Shown piece by piece: positions 37,101 to 47,100 of a stretch of DNA of 64,000 bases. This DNA comes from a virus, in the IMG/VR virus record IMGVR_UViG_3300020193_000003; one strand, given 5' to 3'. Each line of letters starts with the position of its first letter. Position 1 is the first letter of the stretch. The translations under genes were made by a program, and so were the position numbers. The notes beneath the pieces were generated by a model that worked only from the letters and a program-made list of their open reading frames with translations, searched no databases and was not told the origin of the DNA.

Positions 37101-39712
37101 GGGAGGCGGACGCCAACAAACCCTACGGCCTCAACACAAACATGAAAAAGACGCAGATTGAGATGTTGAGCGAGGTGCTCGGCATAGACGCCCGGCAGGC
37201 GCAGGAGCTGGTCGGCAAGGTCATCTACTTCGCCCCCAACGTCTCCCCGTCTAGGTCAATGGACAACTTCCGGCAGGCGGCGATGCTGCTGCTGAACGTG
37301 TCGTCAATCGGCACGGGGATACCCGACAGCGAAAAACTCAACTTGCAGTTGCTCGACGTCGTGGACATCCCAGAAGGCTCGGATCAGATCGAGGCCTACC
37401 TAAATCACATCGGGAGACCCGACATCGCCAACGCCTACGTCGCCGCCGGGAGACCAGCGGATTTCCTCTCGTGGAACAGCTCCGCCAGGAGCGCGGCCAA
37501 CATACCCGAGTCGCAGATACTCCCGCAGCACCTAGAGGGGGCTAGGTCAAATACGTACCACCGACGTCGTATGACCTCGATATTCGACCAGGACAAGGAC
37601 GTCCCGGGAGAAGACACCACCGTCCTCGTCCCGGGAATGACAGCTGCCGCAAAGCCGAGAGTTCGCAAGATGATCGTCCTGTGGAGGCACCCAGACAACT
37701 ACATCAGCAAGTCGGGTCGTTACTATTATTCTCCCACAAAGACGCAAGCGATCGAGGTGGCGGCGGTCGTCAACAGGGCACTGGCGACCGACGATTCTCG
37801 GGACTGGTACCACGCATTCGAGGTGGTTCGCAGCACCTACGAGACGGCCAAGGCATCCCGCGACGCCTCCCTGAGATCGTGGGAGAGCGCCCAAGGGAAT
37901 ACGAGCAGGACGCCGAGACCGCGCCGGGAATTCGTCTTGGCCGGCGACCTCGTCGAGCAACTCGAGACAATCATCGCCGACATCTTCGGGCCGAACATGC
38001 ACAAGGTCGCAGACTCGGTCAGGCAAGAGAAGGGCCTGCGGGCGAAGATCGCGAACGACATGGGGCGCATGCGCAAGCGGGCGAAGGCTCTCGGTGTCCG
38101 GAACGTCGTCGGCCTCGAGGATGGGGCCCTCATCCCGCCGGTCGACGCCACCGGCAGCCCGCTCCCGCCTCGCTCGCCGCAGGAAATCCTCGCGATGCTG
38201 GAAAAGCACCAGTCGCTCGGTTTCCTGCCGCACATCCCAAGGGACCTGGGGCCCAACGATGCGCTGGAGATATCCGAAATTTCCGATGAGGCGATAAAGA
38301 CGCTCGCGGCGATCGCCTTCTCCGTCGAAATGAAGCTGGACCCGGAGACGGGCAGACCGCTGCAGGAAGTGACGCCAGAAACAGTCGACAACAAGTACCT
38401 GTTGCACAACGCCATCCAGTTTTTGACAGGGAACAAGGGGCGCCCGATCACGGTGACCGCAGAAGAATTCCAGCTCCTCGGAACCTCTTTCCTCCCAGAC
38501 CAAACCGAGAGCGTCGCGCCGGCAAATTTCCCGTACAACTTCTACATAGTGCGCAGGGGAATCGCACGCTCAAAACGCGGCAAGACCGCCAATGCCATGG
38601 CGGAGGACCTCATCAATGGGCCGCTTTACACCAAGATCGACAGCGGCACCGCCGGCGGCTACGGCCTCAACTTCGCAAGGCCCAACGCTGGAATGGTCGA
38701 CGGTTACGGGGGCAACGACCCGTTGGGGGACTTGGTCTTGGCCGCCGTGCCCAAGACGGCGCGCGTCGACAACAGAGTCAGGATGACCGTGCTGTACGCG
38801 GAATTGCAGGAGATGTTCGGAGCCTTCTTCACCAACATCACGCACTTCAACGGAACCGAAAAAACGATGGCGATCGACCTTGACGCCACCAACGACCCGG
38901 ACTGGAGCGCCGACGACCAGAAAAATCCGTTCTTCAGGAGGAGCAGACCGAACAGGGCGCACGCCTACTACGTGCCGCACGGTGGGGAATCTGTTACGGA
39001 TCACAGGGGCCACCGCGCCTTGGGCGAGGAACTGACCCTACTTGCGAAAGAAATGGGCGTCACCATCCCGAAAGTAGACACCGCCGATCCCGAGGCGATT
39101 AGGGGGCTCGGTAATGTGATCATGCTCCTTGCCGCCGAGAAATCACGGAGGGAAATCGCAAGAGGGGCTGGCCCGTTCGTAGAAAACGCCACCGCCACCG
39201 ACCGGGCAATGGACAACCTTGCCGGGCCGCAATGGTGGAACGCCACGAGGGCGCAGGTCTTCGGATGGATGATCCAAATGGAAATTCTCAAGTCGATGGA
39301 GATAGCGAGGATGAAGGCCCTCGGCAAGGTTCCGTGGAACGACAGAATAGCCGAACTCGTCGCCGCCCAGGAAATCATGACTTACTGGAACGACGAAATC
39401 ATCCAGGCGATGCTGTTCGGCGTGGACGTCGGCGCCGCCGACGACAGTTTGCCCCTCACCATGAACCCGGCGAGAATCTTCAGGGGTTACGGAATCGGCA
39501 GCCACGTCATGGTCTACAACCGGTCGGCATTGGTTTTCGTCTCCCGGCCACTCACGCGATCCGGCGAGCTGGCTATCGTGGAGTTGGTGAGGGACCCGAG
39601 GATAAGGAAGCCCGGAGAGCCGAGCATGGTCTGGAACTCCTTCCACGGAAAATGGATAAAGGACCCGGACTACAAATCCAGCGCACCCGCAGACGACGAG
39701 GACGGAACATGA
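34163..39712 (+). CDS. Giant protein (1849 aa): shared tag, DAEAAM linker, C-terminal ADP-ribosyltransferase-like toxin domain
   Basis: Tag at 34871-34978; DAEAAM 35333; IVRRGI...GGYGLNFA (~38543-38677)...LFGVDV...VYNRSALVF (~39515). Confidence 0.8.
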   Translation: MESETFFSTITDSATNTTFAVVVVDGGRVTAHGSMKQGKDWADWVNRGKKSLDQVSLSLDPSLRMSKFVPLTRDNLMSRYSSFGPTTVKGLASIIESKSVPEPLATKSGKQDAKAAEVNEEKAPSTEPENEPESEPIATWLLADVGISMFDVQIKAEAINFKARQFARNMDFASFVTCVKGSRATVSEGRWRTMPVVGRQVSDVLNKFDRKIKTGAFAHLDKQGYFEKLLPIGMANLPPPHLVRNADSDPFIYEGIPYINAGRGILDPTPPGTNQVVRGIRSVGGVLAEIVDKPSRVRRMTRREDEADRLRSITATTNDLNRIIPDARSEATGQSRLRRRLSALTDAIEPANVSPLRLDRPATSRERRRVLEGQARIATQENRTRRNFAADAEAAMRNERGDSPETPSVVRAAEQRTPGEVVPSSGDPTRGERGSDPGGSGGGLLNRLSRRFSRISNRIATGEDKTPEPDFDDRTEIPSAPVETPRVVSEDPWVMDRDTRERLLAALVKAVQPGTYATFSSRFGEDEVDWPDFTPSEQSALLRELGYRRDELLSNVAELMTPEFSADKDYRSDGVVTPESVMEAIANDFVSLRPGGVNLYADVMSLVAINDMLSSKDFETEARASAWRMIDNRNRSVVSKRADIQRRDVRDAGSTRIQGSIGERTVIAGEPPKQPSPIRPMLSLSKLQPMRLRYQPEKPAGMKELSEYSDVEREAILRSAIEMRGNIVDFLRQNLGIPADTELTEDMLADWMSRLDEQTAKRVGMYAHNLIVLDGMIPLVIGSDKNNADVQWSSLTEPARNRILSNANVGLVPQVPKTNVRKTRTRPPKPPSAPQTSATPSPDAPTTVPGVSVPIGMSTAPGKLDAYKGDVVGDSLDVLDVTDQVVTWTLEDGTQETKPIASLGANNQYDLTNAIIQDGITYVMERNLGIYRDPASGLYLTDYSRVPISVDTTITPASRLLPVQKSRNMPVRSYPQITLREADANKPYGLNTNMKKTQIEMLSEVLGIDARQAQELVGKVIYFAPNVSPSRSMDNFRQAAMLLLNVSSIGTGIPDSEKLNLQLLDVVDIPEGSDQIEAYLNHIGRPDIANAYVAAGRPADFLSWNSSARSAANIPESQILPQHLEGARSNTYHRRRMTSIFDQDKDVPGEDTTVLVPGMTAAAKPRVRKMIVLWRHPDNYISKSGRYYYSPTKTQAIEVAAVVNRALATDDSRDWYHAFEVVRSTYETAKASRDASLRSWESAQGNTSRTPRPRREFVLAGDLVEQLETIIADIFGPNMHKVADSVRQEKGLRAKIANDMGRMRKRAKALGVRNVVGLEDGALIPPVDATGSPLPPRSPQEILAMLEKHQSLGFLPHIPRDLGPNDALEISEISDEAIKTLAAIAFSVEMKLDPETGRPLQEVTPETVDNKYLLHNAIQFLTGNKGRPITVTAEEFQLLGTSFLPDQTESVAPANFPYNFYIVRRGIARSKRGKTANAMAEDLINGPLYTKIDSGTAGGYGLNFARPNAGMVDGYGGNDPLGDLVLAAVPKTARVDNRVRMTVLYAELQEMFGAFFTNITHFNGTEKTMAIDLDATNDPDWSADDQKNPFFRRSRPNRAHAYYVPHGGESVTDHRGHRALGEELTLLAKEMGVTIPKVDTADPEAIRGLGNVIMLLAAEKSRREIARGAGPFVENATATDRAMDNLAGPQWWNATRAQVFGWMIQMEILKSMEIARMKALGKVPWNDRIAELVAAQEIMTYWNDEIIQAMLFGVDVGAADDSLPLTMNPARIFRGYGIGSHVMVYNRSALVFVSRPLTRSGELAIVELVRDPRIRKPGEPSMVWNSFHGKWIKDPDYKSSAPADDEDGT

Positions 39713-40149
39713 GAGATCCCGACGGAAACCCGAGAGACCCCAACGCAATACGCATGACGGAGCCCGAGCAGTTGGAGATGATGTCCGACTATGCGTCGGT
39801 GGCCGAGGACGCGAAGTATCCACCGTTCACGCTGCCGGGCAACACGAAGGACGAAGATTTCCTTTTGATCCTCTCCAGGGAGTACGACCATTTCCTTTAC
39901 GGCGAAAAGCCCTACGACTCATTTCGGGCCGTGCAGGAGGCATACTCGGATGAGCTGGTCGAATCACGCGCGTGGAGGTCGCTTGCGTACTCCCCGCAGG
40001 AAGCGGCCATGGAGGTCATCACGCGATCCCTGAGGGACGCCAGTGTCCCCGCCGAAGAAATCGAGTATCGTGCCGAGAGGCTGTACATCTCGCATGCCAA
40101 GACGCAGTACATGGGCGATCTTGAATTTTTGCCGTGGGAACAGCTGTGA
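39709..40149 (+). CDS. Small acidic protein (146 aa), coupled to the ART-tipped giant gene
   Basis: ATGA overlap at 39709-39712. The longer ORF-track start at 39232 lies inside the upstream gene. Confidence 0.7.
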   Translation: MRDPDGNPRDPNAIRMTEPEQLEMMSDYASVAEDAKYPPFTLPGNTKDEDFLLILSREYDHFLYGEKPYDSFRAVQEAYSDELVESRAWRSLAYSPQEAAMEVITRSLRDASVPAEEIEYRAERLYISHAKTQYMGDLEFLPWEQL

Positions 40150-41081
40150 GAGAGAAGGCCACCAGGGAGGACGCCCTCAAGATCGCCCGCTACATGGGTT
40201 GCCGAGGGGCTCATCAGGGCGAGAACGGGGATTGGTTGCCGTGCGCCGACGCCGAGACGCTCAGTCGTCTGTCCTCGGCAGCGGAGGACGACGCGTGGTT
40301 GCTGCGCTTTCAAAAGGACGTGCATTCGGGGAACGGACCCGTCGGGGGCGTGGCGGCGAACGTGGACATGAACGGCAGGAGGAAGAGGGGCGTGAGACCG
40401 TTCGACGTGCCACCCCCGGAGTTCGGGGATGGCAAGTCGGCCAACAACTACACGAAGCCGAAACTGAGGGGGAGCATCAAGAATCGCATCATGGCGGGCT
40501 CGCAGGGGGGCAAGCCAGGGCAGTGGTCGGCGCGCAAGGCACAGCTCGTCGCGCAGGAGTACAAGAAGCGCGGCGGAGGGTACAGGGGAAAGAGAACCAA
40601 GAAGCAACGCTCACTCTCCAAGTGGACCAAGGAGAAGTGGACGACATCGGACGGCAAGCCGGCGATACGCCAGGGCGGGACGAGGCGCTACCTGCCAGCC
40701 AAGGCCTGGTCAAAGCTGAGCCCGTCCCAGAGGGCCGCCACCAACAAGAAGAAGCGCGAGGGCAACAAGAGGGGACGACAGTTCGTTGCCAACACGGAAG
40801 CCGCGGCGAGGGCAAGAAAGACCTCCACCAAGTCCGGTTACCCAATCATCGTGAAAAAGACGCTCGTGATGCAGAGATTCACGGAGACGGAGGGTCGCGG
40901 ACCAGGGCCGCGTCGCAAGAAGAGGGGCAAGAGATGGGAGAAGCTCACCGAAAGGGGTCCCTCCCAGATCGTTTCGACCCCGAACTTCGGCCTCACATCC
41001 AAGTCGCAGTCCATTGATCTGCAAAAGATCGGCACGGAAGTGAGACAAGTGTTGACGACCTCAAGATTTTTGGCGGACTAA
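40146..41081 (+). CDS. Basic protein: N-terminal GCxGxH...W[LM]PC motif plus DUF5872-like domain
   Basis: GTGA overlap at 40146. NYTKPKLR...GGKPGQWSARKAQLVAQEYKKRGGGY...SLSKWTKEKW...RYLP. Very Lys/Arg rich. Confidence 0.75.
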   Translation: MREKATREDALKIARYMGCRGAHQGENGDWLPCADAETLSRLSSAAEDDAWLLRFQKDVHSGNGPVGGVAANVDMNGRRKRGVRPFDVPPPEFGDGKSANNYTKPKLRGSIKNRIMAGSQGGKPGQWSARKAQLVAQEYKKRGGGYRGKRTKKQRSLSKWTKEKWTTSDGKPAIRQGGTRRYLPAKAWSKLSPSQRAATNKKKREGNKRGRQFVANTEAAARARKTSTKSGYPIIVKKTLVMQRFTETEGRGPGPRRKKRGKRWEKLTERGPSQIVSTPNFGLTSKSQSIDLQKIGTEVRQVLTTSRFLAD

Positions 41082-41155
41082 CGTCCCGGACGCTTACCTT
41101 GAAGTATCCTTATCGGTACTAAAAGCGCGCCCAAAACGCGAGCGGATGGGAAAAG

Positions 41156-44100
41156 ATGGACGACTCAACAGAACAGGGCGATTGTTGTCCTATCTCGGGG
41201 GGGGAAATAGAGCAGAAGGACATCGCCTTCGGTCCCAGGCGGGTCCGTCCGGATAGTTTTGACGCATACGTTGACAAGGAATCGGCCCGCGCAAGGGCGC
41301 GGATGCTTGGGTGCATCGGAATACGACAATACAGCTCGACGGCGGGCGGGACCGTCTGGATGCCGTGCAGCAACGAGTCCGACTACAGGAAGGTGACCGG
41401 CCAGGACAATTTGTCGCGGAGACAGCGCAGGAGGATGCTAAAAGCCGCCTTCGCCGACGACCTGGAGACCAAGGCCCTCGGCTCAACCATCGGGACAGTC
41501 AGCGGTCAGGTGAACATGAACCCGTTCACCGCCATAGACGCAGACCTGGACGGTCTCGTACTCGAGGGCCTGCCGCAAATCAACATGGGTCGCGGGGTGC
41601 CCGACCCGACGCCGGGAAGGGCGGAAATTCCATCGGCGCCGACGTCACCCCTTAGGCGGATGGACTGGTCTCCGTTCGATATGGCGCGGCCGACGCAGGA
41701 AGTTCCAACGCCGCCCGTTCGCAAGCGCGATCAGAGGATGAATCGTCCGAGTGCGAAGCTGCGAATGGAGCAGTTCAGGGACAACGTGGAGGCGGCGCTG
41801 AAGGACGACCTGTTCGCCAATTCCTGGCAGAATGCCGTCACGGATTTTATCAACTCGGACATATTGGGGGACGACGACTCCGACCAATATCTCAACCAAA
41901 ACCTGTACTCCATCGTGGAGGACGTCGCCTCGAGGGTTGAGTCGGTGGTCGACGAGCAACCAGAGTTTTCTGTGCCGAGGGGTCGCACCCGAAGGGACGC
42001 CGCGGACGCAACTTCGGCGCGCCTGACGGCAAAGGTTCTCGGAACGGTGTCCGAATTGATGAACAATCCGCCGGACGCCATGACCGGGAGGGACGACGTG
42101 GTCAGAAGACTGACATCGTCGTTGTTGGAATCTGGAGCGAGGAGGGTTGCGGACACGGGCGGAAAGCCAGGCGTGTGGGCCTTCCTGATACAGGCGATAC
42201 TCGGGGGCGCAATCGGAGTCCAGGGAGGCTGGGAGTTGCTGGCGAGAGTATTCGGAATAGAGAATTCAACTGGCTGGATCCCTCACCCAACCGGGCGCAG
42301 TCTCGAAATCCTGTCACCCAGCCTTGCCAGACAAAGGTCCAACGAGGCAAGGTCGAGGGCCCTCGAGAGGGTCACGAGGACCATGGACGCCCTGCGCAAC
42401 GCCGGTTTCGCAATAGCCGACGCCGGGGACATCCCGTCCGTCGCCGACGACATCGCAGAGGTCTTGGACGGAGACAGGTCAACCGACCTTCCGGGTGACC
42501 TGTTGCCCAAGGACACCGCCAAGTCCAGCTCGCTTGACGAAGTGATCAGGAGGATGAGGGAAGCCACGGGCATCAAGGACAGCGTGGCGACCAGGAGGCG
42601 CCGAGATACGCGGACATATGTGGAGGAGGATTTGATCACCAGGAATCGCATGGATCTCGTCGGCATTCCCACTGGGATCCTCGACGTCTTTGATTCCTCG
42701 TCGGTCCCCGCACCGACGCCGTCCGACGGTTCGGCTGCGAGATTGATCACGTCCGGTGGGGTCGACGGTCTGAATCCGATGAACGCCAAACTGCTGTACG
42801 ACGCCATGAGCGACCAAAACTTCCTGCGAACCTTCGTCGCCCCGGCCGACTCGCCGTACGCTGCGCAACTGGCGACCCTTATCGAGCAAGGAAGGCTGCC
42901 GAAGGTGGTGGCGGCGATACTCGAGATGTCACCGGAATCAGTGGAGGATTTCCTCGCAGTCAACCCGAGACCACTGATCATGTCGGCAAGATCAGCCAGG
43001 AAGAAGTTGAGACCCGCCGGCTCGTGGATGGCCCGCATAGACCACGATCCGTTTGAGGTCGCGGCCCACCTCATGCGGGCGAAGGACTACCACATTTCGG
43101 CGATAGCGAACGGCTCGGACTCGCCCGTCCTCCTCGACGCCGTGGACGAGCTGGTCGGCAACAACGCCTCCGAGACCTCCGCCATCTTCTCGTCGATAGT
43201 GGCCAACAACAAGCAGAGATTGGCGGACGCATACGACGGGTCGTTGCAACTGGCGCGGTCGGGGAACGGGCTCCTGATGGCGGCGAGAAACCTGATATCA
43301 AATGCGACAGAGAACGATTCCACATGGAGTGCCTCACGCAACGCAATATCCGACGCGTCCCGGGCGATGGTCTCCGCAGAGGACGTCTCTGCGGGCATGG
43401 CGAACACTGCCTCAAGGTACGGAAGGAACTACCCGAGGCACAGACGCAAGAGCGGCGACTGGTCGCCAATAGCCAACAAGATACGAGACTCGATCAGGCG
43501 CTACAAGTCCCGGTATGGCGCCCCAGCGGCGAACTCGGCGGACTTGGCGAGGTTCGTGGACTTCTCCTACCCCGAACTTCTTGACGAGGCGGCCGAGCTG
43601 ATTGACCTGATGAAGCAAAAAATAGAATTCGGATCCCTCGCCATGGCCGATTACGCAAGCGACGGGTGGAGGAACAGGGATGTCGCCGAGCTGGCCCTTG
43701 ACGAGTTTGACCCGACGAACCTTGAGTCCATTTTTGACCCGGGTAGCAGGATGGGCCTGCTGAAGGCGATCGGCGTCAACCTGGCGGCGGCGGCCAAGAT
43801 GGCGCCGTCGCGATCCGAGCGAGACGGAGTGATGGACATCCTCGACGAGGTGAACTCCTGGAGCTTCACCGTCCTCCCGCTGTACACGGAGCCGAGGTCC
43901 GTGACATCGCGTCGCAGAGGAATTTTCCCAAGCGTCTCCAGCGACGCCGAGGCTGGCATGACGGTCAACAGGGGGGTCCCGGAGGACATCAGGCAAACGC
44001 TCATGTCAAGATCCGCACCGCTCGGATCCGAAACTGAGGGTACGCCGAAGATCCGCATGAGAAGAAAGTTGATCGAGAGGGCCAACGAGTTGCTCGCGGC

Positions 44101-47100
44101 AAAGCAGTCAGACGACCTCGTGGACAGGATCGGCATGGACCCGAAGGGGCCAGTGATTGACATAGCAGAGACGTTCCTGGTGACGGCGGAGCAATTCCGG
44201 TGGGACCAGCAGACCACGGCCTCCTTCTACGAGGACGTCGCAGAGATGATGAACGAGATGGTCCAGGAAGTTCCGAATGCCAAAAAGCGCCAGCTCCTGG
44301 CCGACATGTTCACCGACGCCCTTGAGGACATCGCAGAGAACATGGATGACGGCAACACGGAATTCTTCGCGAGTACGGGGGACATCCCGTCGAGGACGGT
44401 GGGCAGGCTGGCGCGCAGGCTAGGACAGACCGATCAGCCACGCGCGCGATCCGACTCCGAGGCCGGCATGGTCGGCCCGGACGACGAGCCGCGCGCCATC
44501 GTCGAGCCGATGCCGGAATTCCCGGACGACGAGCCGCGCGCCATCGTCGAGCCGATGCCGGAATTCCCGGACGACGAGCCGCGCGCCATCGTCGAGCCGA
44601 TGCCGGAATTCCCGCCTACGCCGCCGAGGAGGACGATGACGGACGGGGAAATGGTCACCATCTACGGCGAGGTGCAGCGCATCTTCCGCTCGCTCGACAA
44701 CCCGAACATTTCCAAGAACCCAAACGACGCGGCTTCGTGGAGAGAAAAGATGAGGGCGGCCGGAATCAACATTCCGTTCTCCTCCGACGAGGGCCTGGAC
44801 GAGGTCGCCGACCAGACGCTCCCCGATGCGCCCGACGACCCGCGAGCAGTGTTCTCGGATCCCTTCGCAGGCGTGTCCCAAGACGCGGTCCGGTACCTCG
44901 ACGACCTGATGTCCATAGTCCTAGAGGAAATAGGGGCGAGCATCAGCGGCACGACAGAGGATTTTGTAAGGGACCTCAGGAGGAGGACTGGTGTGAGGAA
45001 CTCCTCGGAGTTCCACGACTTGGTCCGCGCGCTGAGCACCAGCGACGGCAGGGCCACCCTCGCGGACTTCTCCGAGCAGGTGATGGAGAACAACTACTTG
45101 ACCACCTCGGCCATCAAAAAGAGGATGACCGACAGGTTCCCGGATTTCTACGACGTCATGGACTACTCGGGCTCTGGTGGCGGCGACGCAGAGGCGGGCA
45201 TGTCGGGCCCGATCGTCGACAGGATAAGGGAGAGGTACGTCGCCCAGAGGAAGATAAGGGAGCTCGGGGGCGTCGCCAAGATAAATGACGAGAAGGACTA
45301 CAAGATGCGGCAGACGGAGGCGAGGCGACGCAGGCTCTTGTCGATGGCGGAGCCCGACGGCTTCTTTGACTTCGTGACGAGGGGCGTCACGGATCAGAGG
45401 TCCCCGCTCTACCTGAGACCCATAGCGGAACGCATGGGTGGCCTGTACCAGTACGTCAAGGAAATGTCGGATGCGCAAGTTGACGCAACCTGGCAGGGCT
45501 TGGAGAATTTCGTCAATCAAGCGCGACGCGACATGTTCGGCGGCGGCTTGTCGTCTCCGTACATGACGCTCTACAACGCGGCGAAAGCCAAGACAACGAT
45601 GGACGACCCAGATTTCAGGCCCGAGGGGGGGAGATTCAGCGACGAGGAGTTGCTGTCGAGGATGGAGACGAATTCTTGGGATGAGATTCTGCCGCCCCCG
45701 CTGGACATGAGGATATCCGAGTCCGATGTTGATGCGGTGCCGTCATTCAGAGCGAAGGCGCAGGCAGCCTTGGAGGTGATAGCCATCGACAGGGCCCAGC
45801 TCATGGAGCTACTCACTGGTGAGAAGACCTCGGAGGAAGCAAAAGGAAAAATTTCGGAGGAGTTGGAGACCCAGGCGAGAAACGTAAGACAGACGATCGC
45901 AAGGAGGGCGGGGAAGGTCGAGTACGTTCCGACCCAGCTCCACATGGAGCAGATAACGGCCGCGGACGGAATCACTCCGCTTGACTCGGAGTCCCTCGTT
46001 GCGTTCGTGTCAACGCTTGACAACGCACAGCTCTCATACGTGTCGTCGGCATCAATCTCCACGGAAGAGGCGAAGGAACTCGTCAAGGCGGAATCACGGG
46101 CGATATCGTTCGCCAGCGCCTCAAGGAAATTGTTCGCCATCAAGAGCATGGCCGACCTGGAGCCAGAAGAGGCATCCTATTTCTGGATCAAGGCGGAACG
46201 GCTGATCGGGGACGCGACCATCAGCAAGCCAGTCAAAAAACTGATAACCGCGATCGTCGACGACAACGTCGTTGCGGCATCGCAAGCCCTCTCGGAGATC
46301 GAGCCGACGGACGACAACGAAAACAGCCTCGTGAAGACCATGTGGGAGATGGGTCGCAACTCCAAGGGAACGTTCGTGACCGCACTCCTGCCGCCGAGCA
46401 TCGACGAAGCCGAGAGGGATGCCATGCTCAGGACGAAGGCGCTCGGCGTTCTCAAGTCGCAACCGGACGGCGGGAGGGCAATGGCCCGCAGAACGATTGA
46501 CCACCTCCCGAAGGACGGCAGGGGGTACGAGCCGGTGCGCATCGTGCCCGAACTGGGGGAGGGAGAGGCGAAGATCATCAGCTTGGCGGAGGCGATCCGG
46601 GCCTACGACGGATCCTCCGAATCGGCAGCGAAGATAATCGAAGCGATGACTGACCCGCAGATAGAGAGACTGAGGAACAACTACATAATCCCGTCGATCA
46701 TCCAGCGGATGGACAGAAGGGCCCACGAGGCGAGGCTGGAGCAGAGCTCCATAGCGCAGACCAGGGCGAGAATAGACAACCTCGGCAGACGCTTGGAGTT
46801 GCTCACCTTCGGAACAGTGGATTCGGGGAACACAGTTGAGGAAATCATCTCAAGGACGGACGAGGCACTGTCAAAGGCGTTCGGCGACAGGGTTTCCGAC
46901 TTGTCCATGTTGAGCCGCGAAGAGCGCCGTTATTACGGCGACATAATTGATTACTTCATCTCCGGTGGCACTGAAATCTTCGACGACCCGTCGCAGTACG
47001 GGATGGCGTCGCGGGCCTTGAAGGAAGCGGCTGCGGAAGTCCCAGAAAATCCGACACTCCCGCCGCTCGACCCGAACCCCGACGCGCCCCCACCGCCAGA

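Noticed and set aside
44476-44614. Possible CRISPR array (also the 7040-8060 and 60650-60750 repeats)
   Set aside because: Repeats are contiguous, in frame and protein-coding, with no unique spacers and no cas genes.
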